Shown piece by piece: positions 15,629 through 23,740 of a DNA stretch of 24,493 nucleotides. Below the pieces are notes generated by a model. It was not told where the DNA came from. It did not search any database and was given only the letters and a program-made list of their open reading frames with translations. Position numbers and translations under genes: made by a program. The DNA comes from a virus (Duplodnaviria; Caudoviricetes): the IMG/VR virus record IMGVR_UViG_3300037510_000448, positions 1 through 24,493 of that record; one strand, given 5' to 3'. How positions within the stretch are numbered: position 1 is the stretch's first letter; every line of letters starts with the position of its first letter.

Positions 15629-16060
15629 ATGGCCGAGTGGGACCCGCAAAACTTCACCATCACCGTCGGCGCCAATGACATCGTCGGCTTTGCCGCCGGG
15701 ACGTTCATCAAGGCCTCGTACAACGAGGACCTCTACATGTTGGAGGTCGGTGCGGATGGCTCGTCTTGCCGCATTCGCAACGCCAACGAGTCGGGGCGCT
15801 TCGAGATCACGCTGCTCAAGAGCTCGATGAGCAATGACCTTCTTTCGGCTCAGGCGATCCTCGACCGCGCGACCGGACAGGGTGTCGTCCCGGTCCAGGT
15901 CAAGGACGGCAACGGGCTCGCGGTGGCCGCTGCGCGCAACGTCTGGATCATCAAGGTTGCTGACCTCGAGCGTGGCAAGGAGCTCGGGGACGTTACTTGG
16001 ATCCTCGAAACCGACAAGCTCTCCATCGTTCAAGGTGGCATCCAGTCCCTCACGGGGTAG
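15629..16060 (+). CDS. Tail tube protein (DUF3277-like)
   Basis: WDPQN..I...I.GFA.GTFI, VGADG, SGRFEITL..SS.SND.LS; follows the sheath; SD AGGAG. Confidence 0.88.
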   Translation: MAEWDPQNFTITVGANDIVGFAAGTFIKASYNEDLYMLEVGADGSSCRIRNANESGRFEITLLKSSMSNDLLSAQAILDRATGQGVVPVQVKDGNGLAVAAARNVWIIKVADLERGKELGDVTWILETDKLSIVQGGIQSLTG

Positions 16061-16068
16061 GATAGGCC

Positions 16069-16602
16069 ATGGACAGAACCCTTCGCATCGGCGACGACGT
16101 CTTCTCGGTGAGTCCGCTCACCGGCGAGCGTTCGTTCTTACTTCAGCCGCTCATCGCCCCGGCGATGGCCGACTTCGGCGCCCTCTTCGCTCTCTTCGTG
16201 CGCGCATTCGCCAGTGGTGATGAAGAGCCCAAGATCGCGGCGGATGAGGAGCCCAAAGCAAACGCGGTTGTCGAAGCGCTCGACGCGCTCGAGCAGGCCG
16301 GCCCGGTCATCGCGCGGCTGTGCTCCAAGCTCCCGCCCGAGCAGCTGAGGACCATCATCCGCGAGCTCCTCGCTGGCGCCACGATGAACGGCAAGCCGCT
16401 CTACAGCGTCCAGGGCAACCCGATCGACGTGCTTCTCCAAGGCCGAACGATGGACTTCTGGAGGCTTCTCATCCACGCGATGAGGGTGACCTATCCGGAT
16501 TTTTTCAGCCTGCTCCGAGGGCTCGGCGTGAGCTCCCGGGGGGCCGCAAACTCCACGCCGTCGAGCACGTCCAACCCTGGCAGTGTTGGCGACTCTGGGT
16601 GA
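16069..16602 (+). CDS. Tail assembly chaperone (gpG-like)
   Basis: Between tube and tape measure; ends ...YPDFF at a slippery site. Confidence 0.8.
   Translation: MDRTLRIGDDVFSVSPLTGERSFLLQPLIAPAMADFGALFALFVRAFASGDEEPKIAADEEPKANAVVEALDALEQAGPVIARLCSKLPPEQLRTIIRELLAGATMNGKPLYSVQGNPIDVLLQGRTMDFWRLLIHAMRVTYPDFFSLLRGLGVSSRGAANSTPSSTSNPGSVGDSG
16500..16506 (+). other. -1 programmed ribosomal frameshift site T TTT TTC
   Basis: In-frame X XXY YYZ heptamer (GAT TTT TTC) in otherwise GC-rich DNA. The -1 frame is open to 16745. Confidence 0.8.
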
Positions 16603-16745
16603 GGGGCAAGGCCACGTGGGCCGAGATGGACAGCTGGACACGCCAGCGCATCCTCGACGCCAATGACATGCTCGATGCGCTCGACGAGGCGGACTACGAC
16701 GAGCGGCGAGAAGCGGAACGAAAGTCGAAGAAGCGCGATAGGTAG
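16506..16745 (+). CDS. Frameshifted extension of tail chaperone (gpGT-like, about 225 aa total)
   Basis: The -1 frame encodes WRLWVRGKATWAEMDSWTRQRILDANDMLDALDE and has no convincing independent start. Confidence 0.72.
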   Translation, partial: QPAPRARRELPGGRKLHAVEHVQPWQCWRLWVRGKATWAEMDSWTRQRILDANDMLDALDEADYDERREAERKSKKRDR

Positions 16746-16805
16746 TACAACGGGGTCGTCGGTGCTGTTTCCGTGGCTGGCGCCCATACCGAGGAGAAAC
16801 GTACC

Positions 16806-17096
16806 ATGAGCATCCCCCGCACGACTCACCAGTGGCTCCAGCCCCTCTACAACGTCCTCGACGGACATGCGAGCCGGCCGCTCCAGCTGTCGAGCCCGAC
16901 CGGCATCGTGGGCTTCTTTGGTGCTTCCGGCATCAAGCAGCCCACTGGCTTGGGTGTTACCGGCTCGGCCGCAGCTGGCGGTGTTACCGGCACCACGTTC
17001 TTCGACCTCCGCACCAACGGAGGTACTGGGACCAACTACTACACCTTGACGGACGTCGTCGCGGATCTCAAGGGTTTGGGCATCCTCGCGCGGTAG
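16806..17096 (+). CDS. Small head-fibre-like virion protein (96 aa)
   Basis: SD GAGGAG at 16791. IVGFFGA...QP, a Gly/Thr linker and C-terminal LTDVVADLKGLGILA resemble the L..L...Gl(I/L)A end of phage head-fibre proteins. Confidence 0.6.
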   Translation: MSIPRTTHQWLQPLYNVLDGHASRPLQLSSPTGIVGFFGASGIKQPTGLGVTGSAAAGGVTGTTFFDLRTNGGTGTNYYTLTDVVADLKGLGILAR

Positions 17097-17102
17097 CACG
17101 TC

Positions 17103-18653
17103 GTGTCCACGATCCTTCGAGAACTTGCTCTCAAGCTCGGCCTTGACGTCGATGCGCAGTCGTTCGCCAAGGGTGAGCTCGCGGCCAAGCTCGTCGAGAA
17201 AGGGATCGAGAAGCTCGTCGACATCGCGCACGAGGCCGCCGAGGCGTTCGCCGAGAACGTCAAGGAGGTCATCGAATACGGCGATGAGCTCAACAAGGCC
17301 TCGCAGGCATCTGGCATCGCGCGCGACGCGCTCCAGGAGCTGCGTTACGCGGCCAACCTAGCCGATGTCAGCAACGAGGAGTTCACCGCCTCCATCAACG
17401 TCTTGACGCGCACCATGCGTGCTGCCAAGGACGGCAGCGAGGAACAAGGCAAGGCCTTCAAGAAGCTCGGCATCCACGTCACGGATGCCAAGGGCAAGCT
17501 GCGCGGTGCCGACGACGTCATGTCGGACGTCGCGGAGCACTTGTCGAAAATGCCTGATGGCGCCGAGAAAACGGCGCTCGCAATGCAGTTCTTCGGGCGC
17601 GCGGGCGCCAAGATGATCCCGATTCTCAACGAGGGCGCCGATGGGCTCGCTGAGATGCGGCAGGAGGCACGCGACCTCGGTCTCGTCATGGACGACGAGG
17701 CGGTCAAGGCTTCCGAGGAGCTCAACGACAATCTGACGCGGCTCAAGATGATCGGCCAGGGTCTGTGGCGCCAAGCCATTGGGCCGCTCATCCCGGCGAT
17801 GAATCGACTCGTCGAGCGCTTTCTCAAGTGGCGCAAAGAGAATGCGATCATCCTTGGCCAGAAGATTCGGCAATACGTCGGGTACTTGATCAAGGCTGTC
17901 GAAGCGCTCGCCGATGCGCTCGGCTTCGTGATCAAGAATATGACGATGATCAAGATTCTCGCGGCGTCGGTGGCTGCCGCCTGGATCGCGATGAACGCGT
18001 CGCTGGTTGCATCCTCTGTCGCGGCCGCGGCAACTACAGCGGCCGCGTGGCTCGTCGCCGCCGCGCCCTTCGTTGCCATTGGCGCGGCCATCGCGGCCAT
18101 GTTGCTCATCTTCGACGATCTCCGTGTCTACGCCAAAGGCGGAGACTCTCTCTTCGGCCGCTGGGAGAAGGCGCTCAAGAGATGGTCCTCGTCAAGCGAG
18201 AATGATCCGTGGTGGCTCAAGGCGATCAAGGACACGGTGCAGGGACTCACCGACGCCATCGCGCTCCTTCGTGAATGGGGCGATACGTGGGACCGTGTCA
18301 TGGGTCGCGCCAACGACGCCATCTCGAATCCGAACATCGCTAAATCAACTTCGCCGGAGTGGAAGAAGAAGCGCGTCGCCGCGATCTACGCCGCGAACGC
18401 TATGCCGGATTCGCGTATCGCGGCGCCGGAATTCGGACCGGAGCCAGAGCAGCCCTTCGGAAACCTCACCTCTCCGCAGTCCGCCACGCTACCGCCTGGC
18501 GGGGGAGTCTTGCGCGCGCCTGTGACGCAGGTGAATCAGCGCACGTACAAGATCTACCAGTCTCCTGGCATGAGCCCGCAAGACGTCGCCGACGCTATCC
18601 AGAGACATGAGGACGCAGCGAACGAGGCCGCCGCCGCGGCATTGGGGGACTAG
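17103..18653 (+). CDS. Tail tape measure protein (short, 516 aa)
   Basis: LRELALKLGLDVD start, LQELRYAA, FKKLGI.V.D..GKLR, FGRAG..MIP.LNEG and an Ala-rich hydrophobic segment. Confidence 0.9.
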   Translation: MSTILRELALKLGLDVDAQSFAKGELAAKLVEKGIEKLVDIAHEAAEAFAENVKEVIEYGDELNKASQASGIARDALQELRYAANLADVSNEEFTASINVLTRTMRAAKDGSEEQGKAFKKLGIHVTDAKGKLRGADDVMSDVAEHLSKMPDGAEKTALAMQFFGRAGAKMIPILNEGADGLAEMRQEARDLGLVMDDEAVKASEELNDNLTRLKMIGQGLWRQAIGPLIPAMNRLVERFLKWRKENAIILGQKIRQYVGYLIKAVEALADALGFVIKNMTMIKILAASVAAAWIAMNASLVASSVAAAATTAAAWLVAAAPFVAIGAAIAAMLLIFDDLRVYAKGGDSLFGRWEKALKRWSSSSENDPWWLKAIKDTVQGLTDAIALLREWGDTWDRVMGRANDAISNPNIAKSTSPEWKKKRVAAIYAANAMPDSRIAAPEFGPEPEQPFGNLTSPQSATLPPGGGVLRAPVTQVNQRTYKIYQSPGMSPQDVADAIQRHEDAANEAAAAALGD

Positions 18654-19337
18654 GTGGCCGACGCCCTCACAGTCATCGCTCGCCCCGGGAAAATCGTAAC
18701 CGATACGGTTTCGATCACCATGCATGCGGTGGTGACGGAGACGCACGATCTTTCCAACACCGTCACGGATCACCCGGTCGAGGAGGGCGCCAACATCTCC
18801 GACCACTCGCGACCGGACCCCGACCGCGTGACCTTCGACGCGCGCATCTCGAATACCCCGCTTTCGACGAAGCAGCAGACACAAGCCGTGAAGTCCGGCG
18901 GGTTCACCTTCCAGAGCGCGGCCGCTCAGGCGGCCGGCGCCATCGGGGCGACGGACGGCTTCGCGCAGGGGGAATGGCGTAAGCTCAAGAAGCTCCGCGA
19001 TGACGGGACGCTCGTCAAAGTTGTCTCCACGATGGGCGACTACGACTCGATGGCCATTGTCTCGATCTCGCTTCCGCGCACCGCCAAGAACTATGACGCG
19101 ATCTCATTCCTCATCGCCTTCAAGCACGTGCGCGTGGTGCAGAACAAGCTCACGCGCGACGTCAAGACGTCGGTCGCGCCGAAAAAGAAGTCGGCCGGCA
19201 ACAAGACTCCGAAGGCAGCCGAGCCCGAGGTCGAGAAATCCACGCTGGCGGGCTGGGCCGACGACGGAGCGAAATCGGGAAACAAGACGATCAGCAACCT
19301 CGGGAAGCTGGTCGCGCACCCTCCAGCGGGGCTATAG
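18654..19337 (+). CDS. Baseplate tube-initiator / Dit-like protein
   Basis: ETH......TDHPVEEGANISDH...P; V.V.S....Y..M.I.S; follows the tape measure gene. Confidence 0.8.
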   Translation: MADALTVIARPGKIVTDTVSITMHAVVTETHDLSNTVTDHPVEEGANISDHSRPDPDRVTFDARISNTPLSTKQQTQAVKSGGFTFQSAAAQAAGAIGATDGFAQGEWRKLKKLRDDGTLVKVVSTMGDYDSMAIVSISLPRTAKNYDAISFLIAFKHVRVVQNKLTRDVKTSVAPKKKSAGNKTPKAAEPEVEKSTLAGWADDGAKSGNKTISNLGKLVAHPPAGL

Positions 19338-19679
19338 ATGCCCCTTCAAATCGATATCCCGCTCTCTGAGGGCGCGCCGCTGCCGTTCTTCGACATGCAG
19401 GCCTCGCTCGAGGGCGTGACGTACACGCTCCAGTTCCGCTGGAATGTGCGCAACTCGGCATGGTACCTCGACGTGCTTGACGAAGCTGGCGAGAGCATTC
19501 TCGTCGCCGGTGTCAAGGTCGTCGCCGATTGGCCACTCTCCGCCTACACCGTCGATCGCCAGCCACCGGGCGTCTTCATCGCCGCCGACACGACCGGTAC
19601 AGGTACAGACCCCGCGCTGACGGACTTCGGCGTGCGCGTGGTCCTGCTCTACTACACCTCGACTGAGCTCGGATTGTGA
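19338..19679 (+). CDS. Small baseplate protein (plug-type)
   Basis: LEGVTYTLQFRWN.R...WYLDV.D...ILVAGVKVV...DFG....L.Y. Confidence 0.78.
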   Translation: MPLQIDIPLSEGAPLPFFDMQASLEGVTYTLQFRWNVRNSAWYLDVLDEAGESILVAGVKVVADWPLSAYTVDRQPPGVFIAADTTGTGTDPALTDFGVRVVLLYYTSTELGL

Positions 19680-20560
19680 GCAATCTTTACGGCCGGCGTT
19701 GCCGTATTCTCGTCTCGACGCCAGCGGCAAGTGGGTTCAGCGCGACCCTCCGTGACGAGCTCGAGATCAACGCGGGCGAGGGCGGCGCTGGCAAGCAGGG
19801 GCTTCGCGTCTCCTTCAAGATCAAGAAGACGGACGGCAAGGAGCCGAACACCGCCGAGATCACCATCACCAATCTGTCGCCCGACAACCGCGGCCGCCTT
19901 CAGAAGAAGCCAGTCAAGATCACCGTCGAGGCTGGCTACGACGCCGTCGGCGTGTCGCGTATTTGGCGAGGCGACGCGCGCTCGATCGACCACGTGCGCA
20001 ACGGCCCGGATTGGGACACGACCATCAAGTGCGGCGAGGGCGAGCGCGCGTGGCAGAACGCGCGCGTGAGTGAATCGTTCGCGGCTGGCACCGGCGCCGG
20101 CACTGTACTCCAGTACCTCGCCGAACAGAGCGGACTCCAAATCGGGAGCGTTCCGACCGTGGTGGCGAACCTCACCACCACCTTCGATCAAGGCTACGTC
20201 GTCAGCGGCCTCTGGCGTGACGAGATGAATCGCCTCGTCAAATCCATCGGCTACACGTGGTCGACGCAGAACGAGACGTTGCAGGTGCTCCTTCCCGGCG
20301 CCGCGTCGACGGCCGCTATCCCGCTCATCTCTCCCGACTCGGGGCTCATCGACTCGCCGGAATTCGGCACGCCTGAGAAGAAGGGCAAGCCTGCCTTGAT
20401 CAAGTTCACGTCGCTATTGATGCCCTCTCTTCCGGGGGCGTTAGTGCGCCTAAGGAGCGCGCGCTACAACGGCATAGTGCGACTCAAGACGGTGGAGATG
20501 AACGGCGACACACACGGCGGGGAGTGGTACACCGTCTATCAAGGAGTGCTCTCGCAATGA
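19676..20560 (+). CDS. Baseplate hub protein (T4 gp27-like)
   Basis: LRVSFKIKK...PNTAEITITNLS...VEAGY...IWRGD; WSTQNE.LQ; LISPDSGLIDSP; GDTHGGEWYT. Confidence 0.82.
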   Translation: MSNLYGRRCRILVSTPAASGFSATLRDELEINAGEGGAGKQGLRVSFKIKKTDGKEPNTAEITITNLSPDNRGRLQKKPVKITVEAGYDAVGVSRIWRGDARSIDHVRNGPDWDTTIKCGEGERAWQNARVSESFAAGTGAGTVLQYLAEQSGLQIGSVPTVVANLTTTFDQGYVVSGLWRDEMNRLVKSIGYTWSTQNETLQVLLPGAASTAAIPLISPDSGLIDSPEFGTPEKKGKPALIKFTSLLMPSLPGALVRLRSARYNGIVRLKTVEMNGDTHGGEWYTVYQGVLSQ

Positions 20561-21252
20561 GCGACCGCGAGGATGATGTCCGCAAGCCGCTACGTTCGGC
20601 CGTCATCGCCAAGGCTATCGAGGCATTCGCGCGTCGGTTGCCAGTGTCCGTGCCCGCCAAGGTGGTGCGTGTCGACGCCAATAAGCGCTGTGTCGACTGT
20701 AAGGTGCTCGTGATGCGTCCGTTCTTCGACGAGTCGGACGAGCGCCAAGTCGAGAGTATCCCCGTCATCCCGTCGGTGCCTCTCTCTCTCCCGCCGTTCT
20801 ATACACCCCCCATCTCCGATGGCACGCTTACCTTCGGGGGCTCGACCTTGCCGGCTACCACCGGCATGCTCGTCTGGTGCGATCGTTCGATCGATCGATG
20901 GCTCACTGGCAATGGGCGAGAGGTCGACCCAGAGATCGACCACGACCACGCCCTCGCGGACGCATGGTTCGTGCCTGGTCTCTTCGCCTATGGCGCGGTG
21001 CCATTCGCGTTGCCTCAAAGTTATATTCTCGCTGGGAGCAGCACTGTCGGTGCCGACTACGTGGCGTTGGCGCAGAAGGTCGACGACCTCAACAACGCGC
21101 TCAGGGCTGCCATCACAGCCGGAAAGAGTGCAGTAACTCCACAGGATGGTGGGTTGGCGGCGTTCACCGCTCTTGATGCAGCTCTGAAACCGCCAGCACT
21201 GACCTACACGTGGCCCACCAGCGTGGCCGCTACGGAGTTCAAGGCCAAGTAG
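20557..21252 (+). CDS. Baseplate central spike (Gp138/gpV N-terminal OB-fold type)
   Basis: ATGA start at 20557; VSVPAKVV..D, IPSVP, GMLVWCDRSIDRW, H.LADAWFVPG. Confidence 0.82.
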   Translation: MSDREDDVRKPLRSAVIAKAIEAFARRLPVSVPAKVVRVDANKRCVDCKVLVMRPFFDESDERQVESIPVIPSVPLSLPPFYTPPISDGTLTFGGSTLPATTGMLVWCDRSIDRWLTGNGREVDPEIDHDHALADAWFVPGLFAYGAVPFALPQSYILAGSSTVGADYVALAQKVDDLNNALRAAITAGKSAVTPQDGGLAAFTALDAALKPPALTYTWPTSVAATEFKAK

Positions 21253-21257
21253 TCGTT

Positions 21258-21282
21258 TGTGACACATGCACGCGGATAGCAT
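21258..21282 (+). promoter_or_regulatory. TGTGACACA-box leaderless promoter 4 (wedge operon)
   Basis: TGTGACACA (21258-21266), 10 bp, TAGCAT (21277-21282), 6 nt, GTG 21289. Confidence 0.78.
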
Positions 21283-21288
21283 GGACAC

Positions 21289-21678
21289 GTGGCTGATCCG
21301 GTTCGCGATTTTGGTCTTTCCACCGACGGAGACATGGCGTTTGCCAATGGCGACCGCGTTCTCGTCTCCGGCGCCGCGGCCGTTCGTCAAGGTGTGAAGG
21401 TCCGAATTCTCGTCTTCCTCGGCGAGGTCATCCTTGACCAGACCATCGGCGTTGACTACCGGAATCAGATCCTGATCAAGAACCCCGACCCGTTGGTAGT
21501 GCGTGAGCTGATCAAGGATCAGATCGCCTCCGTCCCCGACGTACTCGAGGTCGTGGGGGCCGATCTCCAGATTGACCGCGCCACGCGCACCGCAACCATT
21601 CGTTACCAATATCGCGACAAGTATTCGACGCGTCCCATCGACGACAGCGTCTCGGTCTCTACCAGCGGGGTTGCCTGA
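21289..21678 (+). CDS. Baseplate wedge / sheath initiator (gp25-like)
   Basis: D..L..DGD...V.G..AVRQ....R...FLGE..LD...GVDY...I; precedes baseplate J. Confidence 0.82.
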   Translation: MADPVRDFGLSTDGDMAFANGDRVLVSGAAAVRQGVKVRILVFLGEVILDQTIGVDYRNQILIKNPDPLVVRELIKDQIASVPDVLEVVGADLQIDRATRTATIRYQYRDKYSTRPIDDSVSVSTSGVA

Positions 21679-23150
21679 TGCCGACATACGGACCGACGGC
21701 CGCGGGGTGGGTGGGCAAGCCTGCCGCGACTGTGCAGAGTGAGTTGGATGCCGGCTACCGCGCCATCATCGGCGATAGCGCCGGCACTGAGGCCGACGGG
21801 TCCATCCCCCTCAACTCTGTCGTCGGCCAGGAGATCGTTCTCCTCACCGACGCACTCAGCTCGCAGTGGGACCTGCTCCAAGCGACTGTCTCAGCTTTCG
21901 ACCCTAACCAAGCAAGCGATGCGGAGCTCGACGCCGTGTGCGCACTCACCGGGACCACGCGCGAGCCACAGACCTTCTCAACGGTGACGGAGACTTGTAC
22001 GGGTACGCCACTCACTGTACTCAACGTTGGTCGAGCCGTTGAAACCGCCGATACTGGCGCCCGCTTCACCTCGACGGCAGCAGGGACTATTACGGCCCTC
22101 ACCGCGTGGGCGGCTCTCACGGTCTACACGGCAGGCGATCGACGGACCAACGCCAGTCGCTGCTACGTCTGCATCACCACCGGCACTTCGGCCGGGTCGG
22201 GCGGGCCGACAACAACCGACGTGGACATTGTTGACGGGACCGCCCATTGGAAGTACCTAGGCGAGGGGGCCGGAGCCGTCGACATCGCTTTCGAGGCTAC
22301 TGTAGCGGGCGCTGTCGGGGCGTTGGCGGGGGAGCTCACCGAGATCGCGACACCCGTCGACGGTTGGCAGAACGCGACCAACCTGACTGATGCCAATCCG
22401 GGTGCCCTCAAGGAAGCGGATCCGGCGTTGCGCGCGCGTCGCGAGGCCGAGCTCGCTGGGCAGGGTGGCTCAACCGCAGACGCCATCCGCGCGGCCATCC
22501 TCAGCGTGAACGAGGGCTCGAGCGATCCGGCGCACCAGCCGCCGACCAGTTGCACAGTGTTCTACAACGACACCGACGTCACGGATCCCGACGGCCTACC
22601 ACCGCACTCCGTCGAGATTCTCGTCCAGGACGGAACCGACCAGGACATCACGCAGGCCGTGTGGACGGCAGTCGGCGCAGGCACGGCGACCGTCGGCAAT
22701 CAGACCGGCACGGCGACGGACTCTGAGGGCAACCCGCAGACGGTGTACTGGTCCCGCCCGGAGGAGGTGCCGATCTATGTGACGGCCAACCTCGGCTACG
22801 ACGCTACCCAGTGGCCCGCCGGTACGACCGATGCCCTCGTTGCTCAGGCCGGACTCTCCGCACTCCTGACCTACGGAGTCAACATCGTGCAAATCGGTGT
22901 CGACGTGCGCTTCACCAAGTTGGCGTCCGTTTTCCTCACCGGGCCAAGCGAAACGGACTCGACAGGGACCGCGGTCGTGCCGGCCGCGGAGGGCTCTGTC
23001 GCCGCGCCAGGAATTCTCGAGGTCACGTCCCTCACTTTCGGCACGTCTCCGTCTCCGGTGACTTCGACGACAGTGGCGATCTCGCGGCGGCAGATCTCGA
23101 CTTTCGATTCTACCCGGTGCGTGATCACTGCCAGTGCTGAGACCCCATAG
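21678..23150 (+). CDS. Baseplate J / gp47 family protein with inserted aromatic module
   Basis: YGPTAAGW, FDPNQAS..ELD, I.TPV.GW, E.D.ALRARR, GLPPHSVE..V.DG, VYWSRP. Confidence 0.9.
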   Translation: MPTYGPTAAGWVGKPAATVQSELDAGYRAIIGDSAGTEADGSIPLNSVVGQEIVLLTDALSSQWDLLQATVSAFDPNQASDAELDAVCALTGTTREPQTFSTVTETCTGTPLTVLNVGRAVETADTGARFTSTAAGTITALTAWAALTVYTAGDRRTNASRCYVCITTGTSAGSGGPTTTDVDIVDGTAHWKYLGEGAGAVDIAFEATVAGAVGALAGELTEIATPVDGWQNATNLTDANPGALKEADPALRARREAELAGQGGSTADAIRAAILSVNEGSSDPAHQPPTSCTVFYNDTDVTDPDGLPPHSVEILVQDGTDQDITQAVWTAVGAGTATVGNQTGTATDSEGNPQTVYWSRPEEVPIYVTANLGYDATQWPAGTTDALVAQAGLSALLTYGVNIVQIGVDVRFTKLASVFLTGPSETDSTGTAVVPAAEGSVAAPGILEVTSLTFGTSPSPVTSTTVAISRRQISTFDSTRCVITASAETP

Positions 23151-23728
23151 TGGCGATCGACTACATCACCGATTGGTCCTCGCGCTTGAAGTCGCGGCTG
23201 TACGAGCAGTTCAAGTACAAGCCGAACTTCGTCGCGTGGGCCGAGATGATCGCTCGGCAGGTGCAAGATCTCGAAGACGCGACGCAGGCACTGCGCACTA
23301 TCATCTCCATCGACGACAGCGTTGGTCCACAACTCGACAATCTCGGTCGCATCATCGGTCAGGTACGCACGGGCATCGACGACGCAACGTATCGCCTTTA
23401 CCTTCGCGCGCGCATCGCCGCCAATAAGAGCAACGGCACGGCCGAGAACATTTACCGGGTCTTCCGCGCTCTCTTCGGCAACATCGGTTTCACCATCCGC
23501 CAGGGCGGAAACAAAAGCTTCGCGTTGACGATCCGCACCCCTCTGACCGCAGCGCAGGTCGCGGTAGCTGTCTCTTTTCTTCGCGACTCCAAAGAAGCCG
23601 GAGCGAGAGCGAATTTGGAGTATACGACCGTCGATGATACAGGTGGGCCGACAGACAACATCCTGCGCTGGGACGTCGCCGGCCACGGCTTCGACGTCTC
23701 CGTGTGGGGCAACGCGACGCAGGTGTAG
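23150..23728 (+). CDS. Baseplate wedge protein, DUF2612-like
   Basis: LYEQFK, IDDSVGPQLDNLGRIIGQ.R...DDATYRLYLRARI..N.S.GT. Confidence 0.82.
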   Translation: MAIDYITDWSSRLKSRLYEQFKYKPNFVAWAEMIARQVQDLEDATQALRTIISIDDSVGPQLDNLGRIIGQVRTGIDDATYRLYLRARIAANKSNGTAENIYRVFRALFGNIGFTIRQGGNKSFALTIRTPLTAAQVAVAVSFLRDSKEAGARANLEYTTVDDTGGPTDNILRWDVAGHGFDVSVWGNATQV

Positions 23729-23740
23729 TATCCTCCGGGC
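23729..23740 (+). promoter_or_regulatory. Possible leaderless -10 element for tail fibre gene
   Basis: TATCCT, 6 nt, ATG 23741, with no SD. I recognised no -35 element or box. Confidence 0.45.

Noticed and set aside
14509-22195. DGR template/variable repeat pair
   Set aside because: The match is only 33 nt, the differences are not adenine-specific, both copies are coding, and there is no reverse transcriptase in the window.
14060-23728. Tailocin or extracellular contractile injection system
   Set aside because: Terminase, portal and capsid genes are present and intact, so this is a phage.
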